Made by a program: the position numbers and the translations under genes. This document shows, one piece after another, positions 61,772 through 64,000 of a stretch of 64,000 nucleotides of DNA (within the stretch, counting starts at the first letter, position 1; each line of letters begins with the position of its first letter). The notes under the pieces are model-generated. The model was not told the origin of the DNA, searched no databases, and saw nothing but the letters and a program-made list of their open reading frames with translations. Source of the stretch: an uncultured Planctomycetota bacterium (GTDB taxonomy: Bacteria > Planctomycetota > Planctomycetia > Isosphaerales > Isosphaeraceae); the NCBI GenBank assembly GCA_963823665.1, contig CAWGMQ010000004.1:1536001-1600000 (forward strand), read 5' to 3'.

Positions 61772-63242
61772 TCAACCCTTGATCACACCGATCGGGCGCA
61801 GACGAGCGACCTTCTTTGAGATACCCACCTTGTCGACCACGTCGACGACGTGATCGACGTCTTTGTACGCGGCCGGCTGTTCTTCGGCCAGGCCTTTGTG
61901 GCCACGGGCGCGGGCGATGATGCCGATCTTGTCGAGCTCCTGGTCGATGCGCCGGCCGGCGGCCAGCCTGACTGCGGCGGTGCGGCTCATCATCCTTCCC
62001 GCACCGTGGCAGCTCGTGCCGAAGGAGTGCTCCATACTGCCGGATTGGCCGGCGAGCACCCAACTGGCCGTTCCCATGCTGCCCGGGATGATGACGGGCT
62101 GACCGATACCGCGATAGATCGGCGGAATCTCGGCGTGACCCGGCGGAAATGCGCGAGTGGCACCCTTGCGGTGAACGCAGACCTGCTTGACTCGGCCGCC
62201 ACCGACGTTGTGGTCCTCGAACTTGGCGATGTTGTGGGCGACGTCGTAAACCAGGTCCATTCCGAGCTGCTCCCACGTCTTGCCGAAAAACTCTGCGAAG
62301 ACTCAGTCGCGTCTGGTGCGCCAGGAGCTGGCGGTTGCACCAGGCGTAATTAGCGGCGGCGCGCATGGCTCCCAGGTACGACTGGCCCTCCGGGCTGCGC
62401 ACCGGGGCACACGCAAGCTGCGAGTCGGGAAGCTCGAAGCCGTATCGCTTGGGAGCGTTTTTGAACGTCGCCAGGAAGTCGTCGCAGACCTGATAGCCCA
62501 GCCCGCGCGAGCCTGAGTGGATCAACACCGTGATCTGGCCTTCGCGCAGGCCCATCACCTCGGCCGCCGTCGCGTCGTGCACGCGGTCGACGACCTGGAC
62601 TTCGAGAAAGTGATTGCCCGAGCCGAGCGTGCCGCACTGGTCGTAACCGCGGGTGAACGCCCGGTCGCTCACGCGGCCCGGGTCGGCACCCTCGAGGCAG
62701 CCGCCGGCCTCGGTGACGAGCAGGTCGCGGTCGGAACCATATCCCAGGTTGACGACGTACGAGGCCCCTTCGGTCATCAATTGAGTGAGCTTGGTCTTGT
62801 CGAACGCGTAACGTCCGCTCTGACCGACCCCCGTCGGAATCTCTCGGAAGAGCTGCTCGACCAGCGGCCTGATGCGGTCCTTCACGTCGCTCCATTCGAG
62901 GTTCGAGCGCAGCAAACGGACACCGCAGTTGATGTCATAGCCGACACCGCCGGGGGAGATGACGCCGCCTTCCTCAGGATCAGTCGCCGCCACGCCGCCG
63001 ATGCAGAAGCCGTAGCCCCAGTGGATATCGGGCATGGCCAGGCTGGCCTTCTGAATGCCGGGCAGGGTGGCCACGTTGGCGACCTGCTCGGGCCCCTGGT
63101 CGCCCTTGATTTGCTCGATGAGCTTATCGTCGGCGAAGATGATTCCATCAACGCGCATGTCAGGCCGGTAGCTCTTGGGAATTCGCCACTGAAACGGCCC
63201 GGCCGGCTCGAGGGGCCCGCGATATCCACCGGAATTGCTCAT
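61772..63242 (-). CDS. rtcB: RtcB-family RNA ligase (frameshift near 62290)
   Basis: MPDIHWGYGFCIGG, GYDINCGVR, GTLGSGNHFLE, HSGSRG, YDVAHN, HRKGAT, PGSMG, HGAGR, EEQP.AYK, IKG. Confidence 0.93.
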
Positions 63243-63447
63243 GACTGACTCCCTCAAGAACGCGGTCCGCTTTCGGCCTGCGAGTGAAGCACCCCATTGT
63301 CCACACTTCTGAGCCGACACGTAATACCGGCTTCCGGATCGCGCCGAAGCACGAAACGAGACGCAACATCGAGCAACGATGCTTCCGCCCGCCCGCTGTC
63401 TTCCGGCTTGAGTCGCCGCGCGGTTATAGTAATAAACGAGGTAATCG

Positions 63448-63667
63448 TGATTAAGAACTCCCATCCAGCCACGGCACTTCTGGTTCTTCTCGCGGTGGTC
63501 CTGTTCGGGGCCAGTTCCAGGGCGGAGCTTCCCGAAGATCCCAAGGAACTGCTCAAGCTGCTCAAAGCGAAGGACGCCCGGTTCAACAACGTCCATGTGT
63601 ATTACATCAGGCGGGGAGAATATACCCCCGAGCCATTTCCCTACTGGAAGTTTCCGGGGCAAAAGCG
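63448..63667 (+). pseudogene. 5' fragment of a secreted protein gene
   Basis: GAGG RBS and GTG start; signal peptide ending SSRA; ELPEDPKELLKLLKAKD; coding character is lost at about 63667. Confidence 0.5.
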
Positions 63668-64000
63668 GTCGCCCGACGGGTCGCGCTGCGGTCTCGGGCG
63701 GATCGCGCCCGGCGGCGCGTGTGCGAAAGACGCGCTGCGGAAACGAAAACCGACCACGAGGCGACCCCGCCCGAGTCGTGGCCGGAAATCCATGAGGAGA
63801 TCGGCCTGCTGCCGGAGAGATACCGGGAGCCGGTGGTGCTCTGCTACCTGGAGGGGCTGAGCACCGAGGCGGCTGCGCTCCGGCTCGGCTGCCCCAAGGG
63901 AACTGTGCGGTCCCGATTGTCGCGGGCACGGGAGCGCGTGCAGCGCAAGCTCAAGCGCCGTGGCTTGCTGCCGACGGGCATCCTGCCCGTCGCACGATCG
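63668..64000 (+). pseudogene. 5'-truncated ECF sigma factor (end of region 2 plus region 4; continues off the window)
   Basis: VARRVALRSR...LPERYREPVVLCYLEGLSTEAAALRLGCPKGTVRSRLSRARER; no region-2 N-terminus upstream in any frame read. Confidence 0.75.

Noticed and set aside
57813..63242. Frameshifts in nadB, the HD protein, the sugar-binding protein and rtcB (also uppP, the peptidase and giant copy B) as programmed frameshifting or true pseudogenes
   Set aside because: No slippery heptamers were noticed, motifs are intact on both sides, and the indels are scattered across unrelated housekeeping genes. Long-read consensus error is the most parsimonious explanation; reads are needed to confirm.

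Overview
High-GC bacterial chromosome segment, inferred to be Planctomycetota (Isosphaeraceae-like) from giant proteins with an N-terminal E-x-(L/V)-E-x-R motif, DUF1080, and a planctomycete-type ECF sigma. About 24 kb is taken up by three giant surface proteins. One is a 2.36-kaa adhesin (4414-11493) with a candidate Cys-Gln thioester domain, ten 312-bp tandem repeats and SdrD-B-like domains. The other two are a tandem pair of ~2.83-kaa zincin-like/Ig/NHL proteins (22331-39358) with divergent N-terminal tips and a near-identical 4.4-kb 3' block; a 3' remnant of a third family member lies upstream. The window also holds an exosortase E/CAAX-protease fusion paired with a near-cargo-less VPEMD-CTERM peptide, a PilZ protein, tRNA-Arg(TCG), rimO-pgsA-uppP, recQ, an HTTM pair, nadB and rtcB. 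A decayed accessory patch (39.6-45.6 kb) contains a low-GC JAB/DUF4329-like toxin tip with a candidate immunity lipoprotein, a broken Y1 transposase, gene remnants and a complete IS66. A hypothetical gene (46069-48195) carries REP-like inserts and a 14-bp motif repeated in different reading frames. Many housekeeping genes have 1-nt frameshifts that are probably sequencing or consensus errors. No CRISPR, rRNA or reverse transcriptase was seen. All family assignments come from motif recognition, not database searches.
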